Shown here: positions 53,108 through 63,411 of the stretch, piece after piece
How the letters are laid out: each line of letters opens with the position of its first letter
How positions within the stretch are numbered: the first letter of the stretch is position 1
Assembly (NCBI GenBank): GCA_965214935.1
Contig: CBDCCS010000021.1
Span: forward strand, 96,001-160,000
Direction: 5' to 3'
DNA length: 64,000 nt
DNA from: Candidatus Velthaea sp.
GTDB lineage: Bacteria; Vulcanimicrobiota; Vulcanimicrobiia; Vulcanimicrobiales; Vulcanimicrobiaceae
Position numbers and translations under genes: made by a program
Notes under the pieces: generated by a model
The model's input: only the letters and a program-made list of their open reading frames with translations
Databases searched by the model: none
What the model was told of the DNA's origin: nothing

Positions 53108-54675
53108 GATGCCGCCTCCTCGGCGGCAGCGGCGGCGCGCCATTGCTTTTGTTCCGCCGCCGTCGGCGAGCCGACGATTTCGAGCGCATACCGCAGACGC
53201 TCGCGCACCATATCGCGTCCTAAGAGTTCCATCGCCTCGAACAGCGGTACCGACGTCGGACTGCCGGTTAAGGCCACGTAATACAGCCGTGCCAGATCGC
53301 GGAACTTCACGCCGAGACTGTCGGCGATGCCCTTGAGGACGCTTTCGATCGCCCGCCGGTCGAAGGTGCGCTGCGTGTCGAGCGTCCACATCGCCGCTGC
53401 CAGCGCGCGGCGCACGACGTCGAGTTCCAGCTTTCCGGCAACGAGCTGGTCTTTACCGACCGCAAGGCGGCCGCTGAAGAAAAACGCCGTCAACGGGCCA
53501 AGATCGCTCAGCCGCTCGATGCGGGCTTGAGCCAGCGCCAAGATGCGCTCGACGCGATGCCGGTCGAAGCCCCACCGCGTCACGTGCGTCAGCAACGCAG
53601 CGGGCGTCAGTTCGCGCAGATAACGGCCGTTGAGCCAGTCGAGCTTCGCGACGTCGAACACCGGGCCGCCCAGCGAAATGTTCGCGACGTTAAAGCGCTG
53701 CGTCAGTTCATCGAGCGTCATCACTTCTTGACCTTCGCTCGACGACACGAGCAGCAAGCCTAAGAAATTGCGCAACGCTTCAGGCAAATATCCCATGCGC
53801 TCGTAGAAGAGAATACTCGTCGGATTTTTGCGCTTACTCAACTTGGATTTATCAGGGTTGCGCAGCAGCGGCAAGTGCATGAGCTGCGGCGCATCCCATC
53901 CAAAATACCGGTAGAGCAAGAGGTGCTTGGGTGCCGAGCTAACCCATTCTTCACCGCGGAAGACGTGCGTTATCTCCATGAGATGATCGTCGACGACATT
54001 GGCGAGATGATACGTCGGCATGCCGTCCGACTTCACAAGTACTTGCATGTCGACGGTCGACCACTCGAACTCGATCGGCCCGCGGCGCAAATCGTTGACG
54101 ACGCAGACGCCCGTCGACGGCACGACCAGCCGCACGACCGACGCAACGCCGTGCGCTTCGAGCTCGCGAACTTCGCCGCTGGACAAGTGTCGGCAATGAC
54201 CGTCGTAGCGCGGCGGCAACTTCGCCAGGCGTTGCGCTTCGCGCATCGATTCGAGCCGTTCGGCCGTACAAAAGCAGCGAAAAGCGGAGCCTTGCTCGAG
54301 CAATTGCTCGGCGTACTTTGCATAAATAGCGAGCCGATCGCTTTGCCGGTATGGGCCGACGGTGCCGCCGACATCCGGTCCCTCGTCCCAGCTCAGGCCC
54401 ATCCAGTGCAACGAGGCCAAAATTGCCGTTTCCGATTCGGGCGTACTGCGCGCGCGATCGGTATCTTCAATCCGCAGCAGAAACTTGCCGTCGTGTTGCT
54501 TGGCAAAGATGTAATTCACCAGCGCGACGTACGCCGTGCCGACATGCGGATCGCCGGTCGGCGACGGCGCGACACGCGTGCGAACCGGCTTCGTTTGTAA
54601 CAGCGCCGGCGGCGGCTGGGCACTCGCGCGATGTTCGGTATCGATCGGTATATGCTGGGCGTCTAATGCGGTCAA
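53104..54675 (-). CDS. gltX: Glutamate--tRNA ligase
   Basis: RVAPSPTGDPHVGT, LRIEDTD, HLANVVDD, KLSKR. Confidence 0.96.
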   Translation of the reverse strand: MTALDAQHIPIDTEHRASAQPPPALLQTKPVRTRVAPSPTGDPHVGTAYVALVNYIFAKQHDGKFLLRIEDTDRARSTPESETAILASLHWMGLSWDEGPDVGGTVGPYRQSDRLAIYAKYAEQLLEQGSAFRCFCTAERLESMREAQRLAKLPPRYDGHCRHLSSGEVRELEAHGVASVVRLVVPSTGVCVVNDLRRGPIEFEWSTVDMQVLVKSDGMPTYHLANVVDDHLMEITHVFRGEEWVSSAPKHLLLYRYFGWDAPQLMHLPLLRNPDKSKLSKRKNPTSILFYERMGYLPEALRNFLGLLLVSSSEGQEVMTLDELTQRFNVANISLGGPVFDVAKLDWLNGRYLRELTPAALLTHVTRWGFDRHRVERILALAQARIERLSDLGPLTAFFFSGRLAVGKDQLVAGKLELDVVRRALAAAMWTLDTQRTFDRRAIESVLKGIADSLGVKFRDLARLYYVALTGSPTSVPLFEAMELLGRDMVRERLRYALEIVGSPTAAEQKQWRAAAAAEEAAS

Positions 54676-54684
54676 GTCTTTGCT

Positions 54685-55101
54685 TTATCCAACCAATTCG
54701 CGTCGTTTGCCGCACTCTCGTTCGACAAACTCGATAATCTTTGCAAGTGGCGCTCCCGGAGTAAAGATTTCGCGAACTCCCAAGCGCTTGAGTTCGAGCG
54801 CATCGTCGGCCGGGATCGTTCCGCCGCCGAAAAAAACGATGTCGGCGGCGTCTTGCGCATTAAGCCCCTCGACAATGAGCGGAAAGAGCGTCATGTGCGC
54901 GCCCGATAAAATCGACAGTCCGATGCCGTCGACATCTTCTTGAATCGCGGTTTGCACGATCTGCTCCGGAGTTTGAAACAAACCGGTATAGATGACTTCC
55001 ATTCCGGCATCCCGCAGCGCGCGCGCAATGACTTTCGCGCCGCGGTCATGACCGTCGAGCCCCGCCTTTGCGACGATAATGCGCAACGGTCGGTCGGGCA
55101 T
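54685..55101 (-). CDS. Cobalamin-binding small subunit of acyl-CoA mutase
   Basis: AKAGLDGHDRGAKV, IGLSILSGAH, GGGTIP. Confidence 0.95.
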   Translation of the reverse strand: MPDRPLRIIVAKAGLDGHDRGAKVIARALRDAGMEVIYTGLFQTPEQIVQTAIQEDVDGIGLSILSGAHMTLFPLIVEGLNAQDAADIVFFGGGTIPADDALELKRLGVREIFTPGAPLAKIIEFVERECGKRRELVG

Positions 55102-55226
55102 CAATCGGCGCCCCGGCGACCTAAACTCAATGCCAGCGCTTCGCGCAACTTCGCCCGGACGACTAACAGCGTCGTTCGCATATTGCGTTCGTATTTCTCG
55201 CGGCTTTGCTTGCGATGTTTGCCCAT
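55101..55226 (-). CDS. 41-aa basic protein
   Basis: MGKHRKQSREKYERNMRTTLLVVRAKLREALALSLGRRGAD*; starts 2 nt after the upstream stop, TGATG overlap downstream. Confidence 0.55.
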   Translation of the reverse strand: MGKHRKQSREKYERNMRTTLLVVRAKLREALALSLGRRGAD

Positions 55227-55228
55227 GG

Positions 55229-56917
55229 TTAGAACGCTGCTCTTTCCGTATAGCGGCCGAAAACCTCAACCATCGACTCGACGATCTCACCCTGGGTTGC
55301 AGAGACCCGGACGGCGTCGACGATTCGCGGCATGACGTTTTCATCGCTTCGGCATGCAGCCCGCAGCGCCGCTAAAGCCGCATCGACGGCGGGTCGATCG
55401 CGCTCCGTTCGCAGCCGCCCGACGTCGGCGGCTTGACTGCGCTCGATCTCCGCGCCGATTTTGAGCATCGGCGTGTCGCCTTCGTCGGGACGCTCGAAGG
55501 CGTTGACGCCGACGATCACCCGGTCCTTGACTTCAAGCGAACGCTGATAGCGGTAGGACGCATCGGCGATTTCACGTTGGAAGAAGCCGGCTTCGATCGC
55601 TTCGATCACACCGCCGAAGGCGGCGATCCGGGCAAAATAAGCCTCGGCTTGCCCTTCGAGTGCCGATGTCAGCGCCTCGACGAAGTACGACCCGCCCAGC
55701 GGATCGACAACGTTGGTAACGTTCGTTTCGTACGCGAGAACCTGCTGCGTGCGTAACGCAATCTCGACGTTTTTTTCCGTCGGCAGCGCCAGCACTTCGT
55801 CCATTGAATTCGTGTGCAGCGATTGGGTTCCGCCGAGCACCGCGGCTAAAGCCTCGTATGCCACGCGCACGATATTATTTTCCGGTTGCTGCGCGGTCGC
55901 GCTACAACCCGCTGTTTGGGTGTGGAAACGCAACTGACACGAACGCGGATCGCGTGCTCCGTAGACATCGCGCATCCGCCGCGCGTAGATGCGGCGGGCC
56001 GCCCGGTACTTTGCAATCTCTTCGAAGAAATCGATATGCGCGTTAAAGAAAAACGATAACCGCGGTGCAAAACTGTCGACGTCCATTCCGGCCGCGATGG
56101 CCGCTTCGACGTAAGCAAATCCATTGGCCAGCGTAAAGGCCAGCTCTTGGGCGGCGGTCGATCCGGCCTCGCGGATGTGATAACCACTGATCGAAATGGT
56201 GTTCCACTTGGGCATTTCATCGCGGCAAAACCGCATCATGTCGACGATGATCCGGACGTGCGGGCGCGGCGGAAAGATCCACTCTTTTTGGGCGACGTAT
56301 TCTTTGAGGATGTCGGCCTGCAGCGTGCCGCCGAGTTGCGCCCGCGGAATGCCCTTATTTTCAGCCGCAACGATGTATTGTGCAAGCGCGATTGCCGCCG
56401 GCCCGTTGATCGTCATCGACGTGGTGATTGCTCCCATGTCGATTCCGTCGAAGAGCCGTTCCATATCTTGCAGCGAGTCGATGGCGACGCCGCAGCGGCC
56501 GACTTCGCCGCGAGCTTTCGGGTGATCGGAATCGTAACCCATGAGCGTCGGCATATCGAAAGCGACCGACAATCCGTGCTGGCCTTGTGCCAGTAAAAAA
56601 TGGTACCGCTCATTGGTCTGTCGCGCGTTACCGAATCCGGCGAATTGACGCATCGTCCAAAGCCGGTCGCGGTACATGTTCGGATGGATGCCGCGCGTGT
56701 ACGGGAAATCGCCCGGGACGCCGAGATCGCGCGCGATGTCGAGGTGGGCAACATCGGCCGGGCCGTACAACGCTGCCAGCGGCACATCGGAGAGCGTCCG
56801 GTCGAGAGCACCAGAACCCGGGCCGGTCCGCGCCGGCGGTGCATCGCTGCGCCGTTCGCGCAGTTCCACGTATTCTCGCGTCTCGACCGGTCCGAGGCCC
56901 GAGGCGCGATCGATCAT
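55229..56917 (-). CDS. B12-dependent acyl-CoA mutase large subunit, isobutyryl-CoA mutase-like
   Basis: [55 protein letters not shown]. Confidence 0.93.
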   Translation of the reverse strand: MIDRASGLGPVETREYVELRERRSDAPPARTGPGSGALDRTLSDVPLAALYGPADVAHLDIARDLGVPGDFPYTRGIHPNMYRDRLWTMRQFAGFGNARQTNERYHFLLAQGQHGLSVAFDMPTLMGYDSDHPKARGEVGRCGVAIDSLQDMERLFDGIDMGAITTSMTINGPAAIALAQYIVAAENKGIPRAQLGGTLQADILKEYVAQKEWIFPPRPHVRIIVDMMRFCRDEMPKWNTISISGYHIREAGSTAAQELAFTLANGFAYVEAAIAAGMDVDSFAPRLSFFFNAHIDFFEEIAKYRAARRIYARRMRDVYGARDPRSCQLRFHTQTAGCSATAQQPENNIVRVAYEALAAVLGGTQSLHTNSMDEVLALPTEKNVEIALRTQQVLAYETNVTNVVDPLGGSYFVEALTSALEGQAEAYFARIAAFGGVIEAIEAGFFQREIADASYRYQRSLEVKDRVIVGVNAFERPDEGDTPMLKIGAEIERSQAADVGRLRTERDRPAVDAALAALRAACRSDENVMPRIVDAVRVSATQGEIVESMVEVFGRYTERAAF

Positions 56918-57164
56918 CTTGGCTATGCTGGTACCTCCCGGCTCGACCTGCGTTCGCCTTCGACGATCGGCAGCCGGACTCCCAAGAGCGCCGTAGCGCT
57001 CGACCCGCTTCAGGCTTCTTCCGCTCCCTGAACGATTGCTTCTCCGCCGAAGTCATCGCCGGCGAGCGCATCCCGATACCGGGCAAAAATTCGTCGCTCG
57101 GATCGACCGGGAAGGTTTCGATCGGCAACCCGGTCTCCGCGCCGGCCCGAATGCGTGCATCGGC

Positions 57165-57419
57165 AGAACCGGCGCGGGTCTGGCGAACCGCTCGAACGCC
57201 GTTCGGTGTAACGCGTGGCCTCCACCGGCGAAGACCTCAACTTCGACCCGAATGTGCGGTTCGCGTTGCTGCGAAATACTCGGCCGTGCGTGCCCCCGAA
57301 CGGCGCGAGCTTGCTATGCCATGCACGCAAAGAAGATACGGCCCGTTTTCACCCCGCTGCTCGACCTGCGTGACTGCGCCGTCGCCGGGTTCGACGCGCC
57401 GCGGCGCGAAGCCGATCAC
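57165..57419 (-). pseudogene. Alpha/beta hydrolase remnant with large internal deletion
   Basis: N-terminal GENGPYLLCVHGIASSR joined out of frame to C-terminal [20 protein letters not shown]; no GxSxG region; 3' boundary approximate. Confidence 0.65.
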
Positions 57420-58303
57420 GCGACTTGCCGGCTCTTGAACGTTAATTCCGAGATGCCGGATTTATCGAGCTCGCCGAGACCGCGCCGGACCATCTCGTCG
57501 TATTGCGCCTTGGTCGCCGCGGCCAGCGGTAAAGCAAGCCGTTCGTCATGCGCGAGCTGCAGCGCGATGCCGGAATCTTTTGCGGCGTGCGTAGCCATGA
57601 AGTAGGCTTCATGCTCGTGATTCTGCATGTCTTCACCATCGGTGACGAGCACGCGCGACGCGGCGCCGGTCTGTGCAAACACATCGCGCAGCATCGTGAG
57701 ATCTAAGCCCAGCGCATCACCCAAGCCGAGCGCCTCGGCAAGTCCCGCCGTGTTGATGTTCATGAGCATGTTGACGAGCGCTTTCACTTGCGCGCCGGTG
57801 CCCGGGCCACCGACGAATCGCAGCGCGATCGACATATCCGCCAGCATCGGTTTGACCGCTTCGAACGCGCTCTCATCGTTTGCGCAAATGAGAAACAGCT
57901 TACCGTCGCGCGATTGCGGAATCGAGCCGGCCATCAAGGCTTCGACCGTGCGTGCACCGGCAGCCGCAGCTCGCTCGGCGACTTCAACGTGCACGCCCGG
58001 TGTAATCGTCGCACAATTAACAAAGATTTTGCCGGCGGCACCGGTCAACAGCGAATCGCCGCTCAGCGCGAAAATCTGGCGCATTGCCGTATCGTCGGTG
58101 ACGACGGTAAGGATAACGTCGGCGTACGCGGTGACCTCAGCTAAATGCGTGTACGCCGTCGCGTCGAGATCCCGCGCCAGATCGGCGGCTAGCGGGGCGA
58201 CGGCATCGTACAACGCGGTGACCGGGTAGCCGACGTCTTTGAGACGTCGCGCGATGTTTGCACCCATGCGACCGGTGCCGACGATTCCAATCCGTTGCTT
58301 CAC
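57416..58303 (-). CDS. NAD(P)-dependent oxidoreductase, 3-hydroxyisobutyrate dehydrogenase family
   Basis: IGIVGTGRMG, VKALVN, AEALGLG, KDSGIA; AAGGAG SD. Confidence 0.88.
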   Translation of the reverse strand: MKQRIGIVGTGRMGANIARRLKDVGYPVTALYDAVAPLAADLARDLDATAYTHLAEVTAYADVILTVVTDDTAMRQIFALSGDSLLTGAAGKIFVNCATITPGVHVEVAERAAAAGARTVEALMAGSIPQSRDGKLFLICANDESAFEAVKPMLADMSIALRFVGGPGTGAQVKALVNMLMNINTAGLAEALGLGDALGLDLTMLRDVFAQTGAASRVLVTDGEDMQNHEHEAYFMATHAAKDSGIALQLAHDERLALPLAAATKAQYDEMVRRGLGELDKSGISELTFKSRQVA

Positions 58304-58356
58304 TCTATCGCTCCTTACCGATGCTTCGACAACCGCTTACGATCGCCGCAGCAGCG

Positions 58357-58812
58357 TTATTTTGCTGCTTGGGCGTGCAGCTCGTCGAGATCTTCGAGCA
58401 TGTTGAGCGTTACGGCATCCTTGACCGTTACATCGCTCATTCCGCTCGCCGAGCGCATCTTCGCACCGAGATCGTCGGCGTGATCGTAACCGCGAATTGC
58501 CGCGTTATGCTTGGCGATTGCATCGGTCGGAACGTGACCGCCATTCTGGGCCAGCACGTATGCTTCGAACTGCACGTACGTCGGTTTCCGTTCGCGCACG
58601 AAACGCATAACTTCTTCGCGCTCGAGATTGAGCGCATCGATCGTCATCTGATCGAAGCCCGAACCGCAGATGTCATAGCCGTCCGCCAGCGTACCGGCCG
58701 CTGACAGTGTCAGCTTCGTCCACAGCCGGGGAAGGTGCAGCGCACCGAGCGGACCTGCCGTGCCGGAACTAATCAATGGAACCGTTTTGGGAGTACTCGA
58801 GACGCTTGTCAT
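58357..58812 (-). CDS. DUF5069-like protein
   Basis: GPLGALHLPRLWTK, GFDQMTIDAL, LNMLEDL; GAGGAG SD; family recalled from memory. Confidence 0.65.
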   Translation of the reverse strand: MTSVSSTPKTVPLISSGTAGPLGALHLPRLWTKLTLSAAGTLADGYDICGSGFDQMTIDALNLEREEVMRFVRERKPTYVQFEAYVLAQNGGHVPTDAIAKHNAAIRGYDHADDLGAKMRSASGMSDVTVKDAVTLNMLEDLDELHAQAAK

Positions 58813-59007
58813 TGTTGTCTCCTCAGGCGTTGTGTTGGCGGCTTATTTCGTTCGGTCTGTCTTAAACGCTGACGTCGATTTCATCATATAAAAATCCGTC
58901 AGGCTGTGTGTTATTAGGCACGGTCTCGTATGCACCGGCATCCTGCAAACGCCGCACGCATGGACGGACATGCATCGCCGTAGCAAACCACTTGATGACC
59001 GGTCGAT

Positions 59008-59976
59008 CTAAGCGTGCAGGCCTTTGACGGACGCCGGGACGGCGCTACGCGGCCGCAAGTTGCCGAGCATTCCGGCCTCGATGCCGTAACGGCGTAACAA
59101 GGTCGCCGCGGCCGTATAGGGGTCGCCGCTCAGCTCGCTTTCCGTCAGCGCCGTTTCCACTTGGTGTTGCAGTGCACCCACGGTCAATCCGCGAACGCGA
59201 TTAAGAAAAGCCGAGCGGCGCTTGGCGCCGAGCGCGCCGGTTGTCCGCAGCCATCGATCGTGCGCTAGAACGGCATCCCACAGCGCGGAAATCCCCGTTC
59301 CGGCGAGCGCCTGCGTGGCGACGAGTTCCGGGGTCCAGCCGCCGTACTGCAGCATCTCCATCATCGAGCGGATTTCGCGCTCGAGCTGTAACGCCATCGG
59401 ATGGTCGCTCTTGTTGACGACGAAAATGTCGGCGATCTCGAGTATCCCGGCTTTGAGCACTTGGACCGAATCGCCGCTGCCCGGCTGTAATGCGACTAGC
59501 GTCGTGTCGGCAATTTCCGCAATCTCGATTTCCGATTGCCCGACTCCGACCGTTTCGACGATAACGACGTCTTTACCGAACGCATCCATGAGCGCCGCAG
59601 CGTCCGCGGTCGCTCCGGCGACGCCGCCGAGATGTCCGCGGCTGGCCATCGAACGAATGAACACGTCGGGATCGGTGAAATGCTCGGCGAGGCGAATCCG
59701 GTCGCCGAGTAACGCGCCCCCCGAAAAGGGCGAACTCGGATCGACCGAGATCACCCCAATGGTGTTGCCCAACTTCCGTGCATGCGTCACGAGAGCCGAA
59801 CACAAGGTCGACTTTCCAACGCCGGGCGGTCCGGTCAAGCCGATACTGAGCGCCTGACCCGTGCGCTCGAAAAGTGCGCCCACGATGCCGGCGCCGCGTC
59901 CGGATTCACAGGCGGAGATTGCCCGCGCGAGGGCGCGCGGACGTCCGGCTAAAAATTCGGACAACAGTTCGGTCAT
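59008..59976 (-). CDS. meaB: Mutase-associated GTPase chaperone
   Basis: GLTGPPGVGKST, VDPSSPFSGGALLGDRIR, FIRSMASRG, ETVGVGQSE, VVNKSD. Confidence 0.95.
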   Translation of the reverse strand: MTELLSEFLAGRPRALARAISACESGRGAGIVGALFERTGQALSIGLTGPPGVGKSTLCSALVTHARKLGNTIGVISVDPSSPFSGGALLGDRIRLAEHFTDPDVFIRSMASRGHLGGVAGATADAAALMDAFGKDVVIVETVGVGQSEIEIAEIADTTLVALQPGSGDSVQVLKAGILEIADIFVVNKSDHPMALQLEREIRSMMEMLQYGGWTPELVATQALAGTGISALWDAVLAHDRWLRTTGALGAKRRSAFLNRVRGLTVGALQHQVETALTESELSGDPYTAAATLLRRYGIEAGMLGNLRPRSAVPASVKGLHA

Positions 59977-60101
59977 CGGCGGCCACGCTTTCGGCACGCT
60001 CCCGGCGGCTACTGCCCAAGGCAGCCCTGCGTTCTCGGCGCCTCGGTCGAGCCGCGGCCGTCCGGCGGATACGCTTGATCTAATCGCCAATGCCGCACGC
60101 A

Positions 60102-63100
60102 ATGACAGCTCTGGGTTACCATCGCAGTCCGCACCTCAATGGCGAAGCGCTTGTTTTCATCACTGAAGACGACATCTGGACGGTTCCGGTCAGCGGGGGA
60201 GTCGCCCGGCGGCTCACAACCAACGCCGGCGAATGTTCGCTGCCGCGACTCTCACCGGACGGCAGCCGGATCGCCTTCGTCGGACGCGACGAAGGGCATC
60301 CCGAAGTGTTCACGATGCCGGCCGAAGGCGGGCCGGCGCGCCGGCTGACCTTCCTAGGCGCCGATGCGCTGTACGTCTGCGGCTGGTCGCCCGACGGCGG
60401 CGAAATCCACTTTACCAGTGACGCGGGTTCGGCGTTCGTCCGTGAGACTTGCGCCTTTGCGGTTCCGGCAAACGGCGGAGCCGTCCGGGCGCTCAACTTC
60501 GGGCACGCCATGTCGTTCGCCGTCAAAGCCGACGGCGCGATGCTCATCGGCCGCAATGCCGTCGACCCGGCGCGTTGGAAACGCTACCGCGGCGGCACCG
60601 CCGGACAGTTGTGGGTCGATTCGACCGGCGCCGGCGTCTTCGCCCGGCTCGGCGCCTCCATCGCCGGGAATCTCGTCTGGCCGATGTGGCTGGGCGAACG
60701 TGCCTTCTTCCTTTCGGACCACGATGGCATCGGCAACATCTATTCGTGCCGGCCGGACGGTTCCGATCTGCAGCGCCACACCGCGGAACGCGATTATTAT
60801 GCGCGGTTTCCTTCAAGCGACGGCAAGCGCATCGTGTATGCCTGCGGCGCCGAGATCGTCCTGCTCGACCCACAGCCGGGCAGCGTGCGCCGCATCGACA
60901 TCACGACGCCGTCGAGCGCCAGCCAGTCGGCCCGCCGTTTCGTCGATGCCGCCGACCTGCTCGAGCGCTTCAGCCCGTCGCCCGACGGCACCGCAATCGG
61001 CGTCGTCTCGCGCGGGCGTGTCTTCTCAATGCCGCTGTGGGAAGAAGCCGTTACCGAGTATGGCGATGCGGACGGTTCACGCCGCCGTCACCTTACCTGG
61101 TTGCACGGCGGGAAGCACGTCGCGTATGTTGACGATTCAGCCGGCTTCGAGCGAATTGCAGTCGAGCCGGTCGATCGCAGCGCTCCGCTGGCCTACGTTT
61201 CGGAAAGCAACGTCGGCCGAATCACGGAACTAAGCGCATCGCCGGTCGACGATACGCTCGCCATCGCGAACCACCGGCATGAACTGCTCGTCATTGCTCC
61301 CGGCGCCGCGCCGCGCACGCTCGATACCGGTCGCGGCTGGCGCATCACCGATCTTGCCTTCTCACCCGATGGCCGGTACATCGCCTATGCATGGTCGCCG
61401 GCGCAAGACGTCTCGATCATCCGCATCGCCGACTTGCGCGACGACTCGATCCACGACGCAACGGCGGCGCTGCGTACCGATCGTGCTCCCGCCTGGGACC
61501 CGCAAGGGAACTACCTGTACTTTATTTCAACGCGGGATTTTCGGCCGGTTTATGACGCGTTGCAATTCGACCTAAGTTTTCCGCAAGCGATGCGTCCCTT
61601 CGTCGTGACTCTGCGGACCGATGTCGCGAATCCATTCGTCGCTAAGCCGGCGCCGCTGCATCCGGCCAAAGACGACGATGACGATGCGGACAAGAATGAG
61701 ACGCTCGACATTGCGATCGACTTCGCGGGCCTGCCGCTACGCATGCTCGGCTTTCCCATCGATGAAGGCCACTACGAGCAGATCGCCGGCGCGAAGGGCC
61801 GGGTCATTTACAGCCATTTTCCGGTGCGCGGGATCCAACCGCATGCACGCAGCAGCGATGAACCCGAACATGGCGGTACGCTTGCGGCGTATGATTTCGA
61901 GCAGCAGCGGGAGGGAACGCTTGCGGCGGACGTCGACGATTTCGTGCTCGGCAGCGACGGCCGCACGCTGGTCTACGCCTCGCGCGAGAAGCTCCGCGTC
62001 ATCGACGCCGTCGCCGACTTGCCCGAGGATGAGGAGGAGCCGAAAGCGCCGGGTGAATTCAATCGTCGTAGCGGCTTCCTCGATCTCGGCCGGATCAGCT
62101 TGGAGGTCGAGCCGCGCAACGAATGGCGGCAAATGTTCGCCGAAGCGTGGCGCTTACAGCGCGAGCAGTTCTGGGACGAGCGGATGTCGGGCGTCGATTG
62201 GGATGCAGTCTATTTGCGGTATGCCGCCTTGTTGCCGCGCCTGCGCACCCGGCTCGAACTTTCCGATCTCATCTGGGAAATGCAGGGTGAACTGGGGACC
62301 TCGCACGCCTACGAAATCGGCGGCGACCTGCGCATTCCGCCGCAATACCGGCGTGGTTTTTTAGGCGCCGACTACGTTTGGAACCGCGCGGCGGGCGGTT
62401 ATGAGATCAGCCGCATTTATCGCGGCGATTCGTGGGACCGCAAGTCCGACTCACCGCTGGCCGAACCCGGGCTCGACGTCCGCGCGGGCGATATCCTCGT
62501 CGGTGTCGGCGGCCGGGCTTTGACTCCCGAATTGAGCCCGGACGCGTTACTCGTCAATCTCGCCGAGCATGAAATCGCCTTGACGATCGAGCGCGAGGGC
62601 GAACGCCGGCGAGTCCTCGTCCGTACGCTGCGCGACGAGCGAATGCTGCGCTATCGCGCCTGGGTCGACGAAAACCGGCGTATCGTTCACGAGCGCAGCG
62701 CGGGCGAAGTGGGCTACATTCACGTGCCGGACATGGGGCCGTGGGGCTTCGCTGAATTTCACCGCGGCTTCTTGTCCGAGTTCAATCGGCGCGGCCTGGT
62801 CGTCGACGTGCGCTACAATCGCGGCGGCCATATCTCGCCGCTGCTGCTCGAGAAGCTGGCGCGCAAACGCGTCGGCTACGATGTCTCACGCTACGGTCCG
62901 GCCGTACCGTACCCGCCGGAATCCGTCGGCGGCCCGATGGTCGCGATCACCAACCAGTTTGCCGGTTCCGACGGCGACATTTTTAGTCACTGCTTCAAAC
63001 TCTACGGTTTAGGCCCGCTCGTCGGGATGCGAACGTGGGGCGGGGTAATCGGTATTAACCCGTATCATCGCCTCGTCGACGGCACGCTGACCACCCAACC

Positions 63101-63326
63101 CGAATATAGCTTTTGGTTCAGCGACGTCGGCTGGGGCGTTGAAAATTACGGCACCGATCCCGACGTCGTGGTCGACATCGCGCCGCACGAAACGCGCCGA
63201 GGCCAAGATCCGCAAATGGAACGCGCGCTCGAGATCATACTAGCGGCCGTCCACGACCATCCGGTGCGGGCGCCCTTCGGACCGCGGCCGTTTTTACCGC
63301 TACCGGACATCGGGTTGCGACCCTAA
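60102..63326 (+). CDS. Tricorn-like S41 peptidase
   Basis: Propeller repeats, WKRYRGGTAG, GELGTSHAY, PDZ, DVRYNRGG, AGSDGDIF, GMRTWGGV; start may be 60090. Confidence 0.94.
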   Translation: MTALGYHRSPHLNGEALVFITEDDIWTVPVSGGVARRLTTNAGECSLPRLSPDGSRIAFVGRDEGHPEVFTMPAEGGPARRLTFLGADALYVCGWSPDGGEIHFTSDAGSAFVRETCAFAVPANGGAVRALNFGHAMSFAVKADGAMLIGRNAVDPARWKRYRGGTAGQLWVDSTGAGVFARLGASIAGNLVWPMWLGERAFFLSDHDGIGNIYSCRPDGSDLQRHTAERDYYARFPSSDGKRIVYACGAEIVLLDPQPGSVRRIDITTPSSASQSARRFVDAADLLERFSPSPDGTAIGVVSRGRVFSMPLWEEAVTEYGDADGSRRRHLTWLHGGKHVAYVDDSAGFERIAVEPVDRSAPLAYVSESNVGRITELSASPVDDTLAIANHRHELLVIAPGAAPRTLDTGRGWRITDLAFSPDGRYIAYAWSPAQDVSIIRIADLRDDSIHDATAALRTDRAPAWDPQGNYLYFISTRDFRPVYDALQFDLSFPQAMRPFVVTLRTDVANPFVAKPAPLHPAKDDDDDADKNETLDIAIDFAGLPLRMLGFPIDEGHYEQIAGAKGRVIYSHFPVRGIQPHARSSDEPEHGGTLAAYDFEQQREGTLAADVDDFVLGSDGRTLVYASREKLRVIDAVADLPEDEEEPKAPGEFNRRSGFLDLGRISLEVEPRNEWRQMFAEAWRLQREQFWDERMSGVDWDAVYLRYAALLPRLRTRLELSDLIWEMQGELGTSHAYEIGGDLRIPPQYRRGFLGADYVWNRAAGGYEISRIYRGDSWDRKSDSPLAEPGLDVRAGDILVGVGGRALTPELSPDALLVNLAEHEIALTIEREGERRRVLVRTLRDERMLRYRAWVDENRRIVHERSAGEVGYIHVPDMGPWGFAEFHRGFLSEFNRRGLVVDVRYNRGGHISPLLLEKLARKRVGYDVSRYGPAVPYPPESVGGPMVAITNQFAGSDGDIFSHCFKLYGLGPLVGMRTWGGVIGINPYHRLVDGTLTTQPEYSFWFSDVGWGVENYGTDPDVVVDIAPHETRRGQDPQMERALEIILAAVHDHPVRAPFGPRPFLPLPDIGLRP

Positions 63327-63411
63327 CTCCCGCCTGCGGTGACGAAGGCCTCGGTTTATGCACGGCCGGGCGCGGAATGAGCAAACAACCATAGGCCGTA
63401 CCGGAGCGAGT

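Noticed and set aside
56918..57165. Cobalamin riboswitch upstream of the mutase
   Set aside because: No convincing B12-box or core motifs in the expected order.
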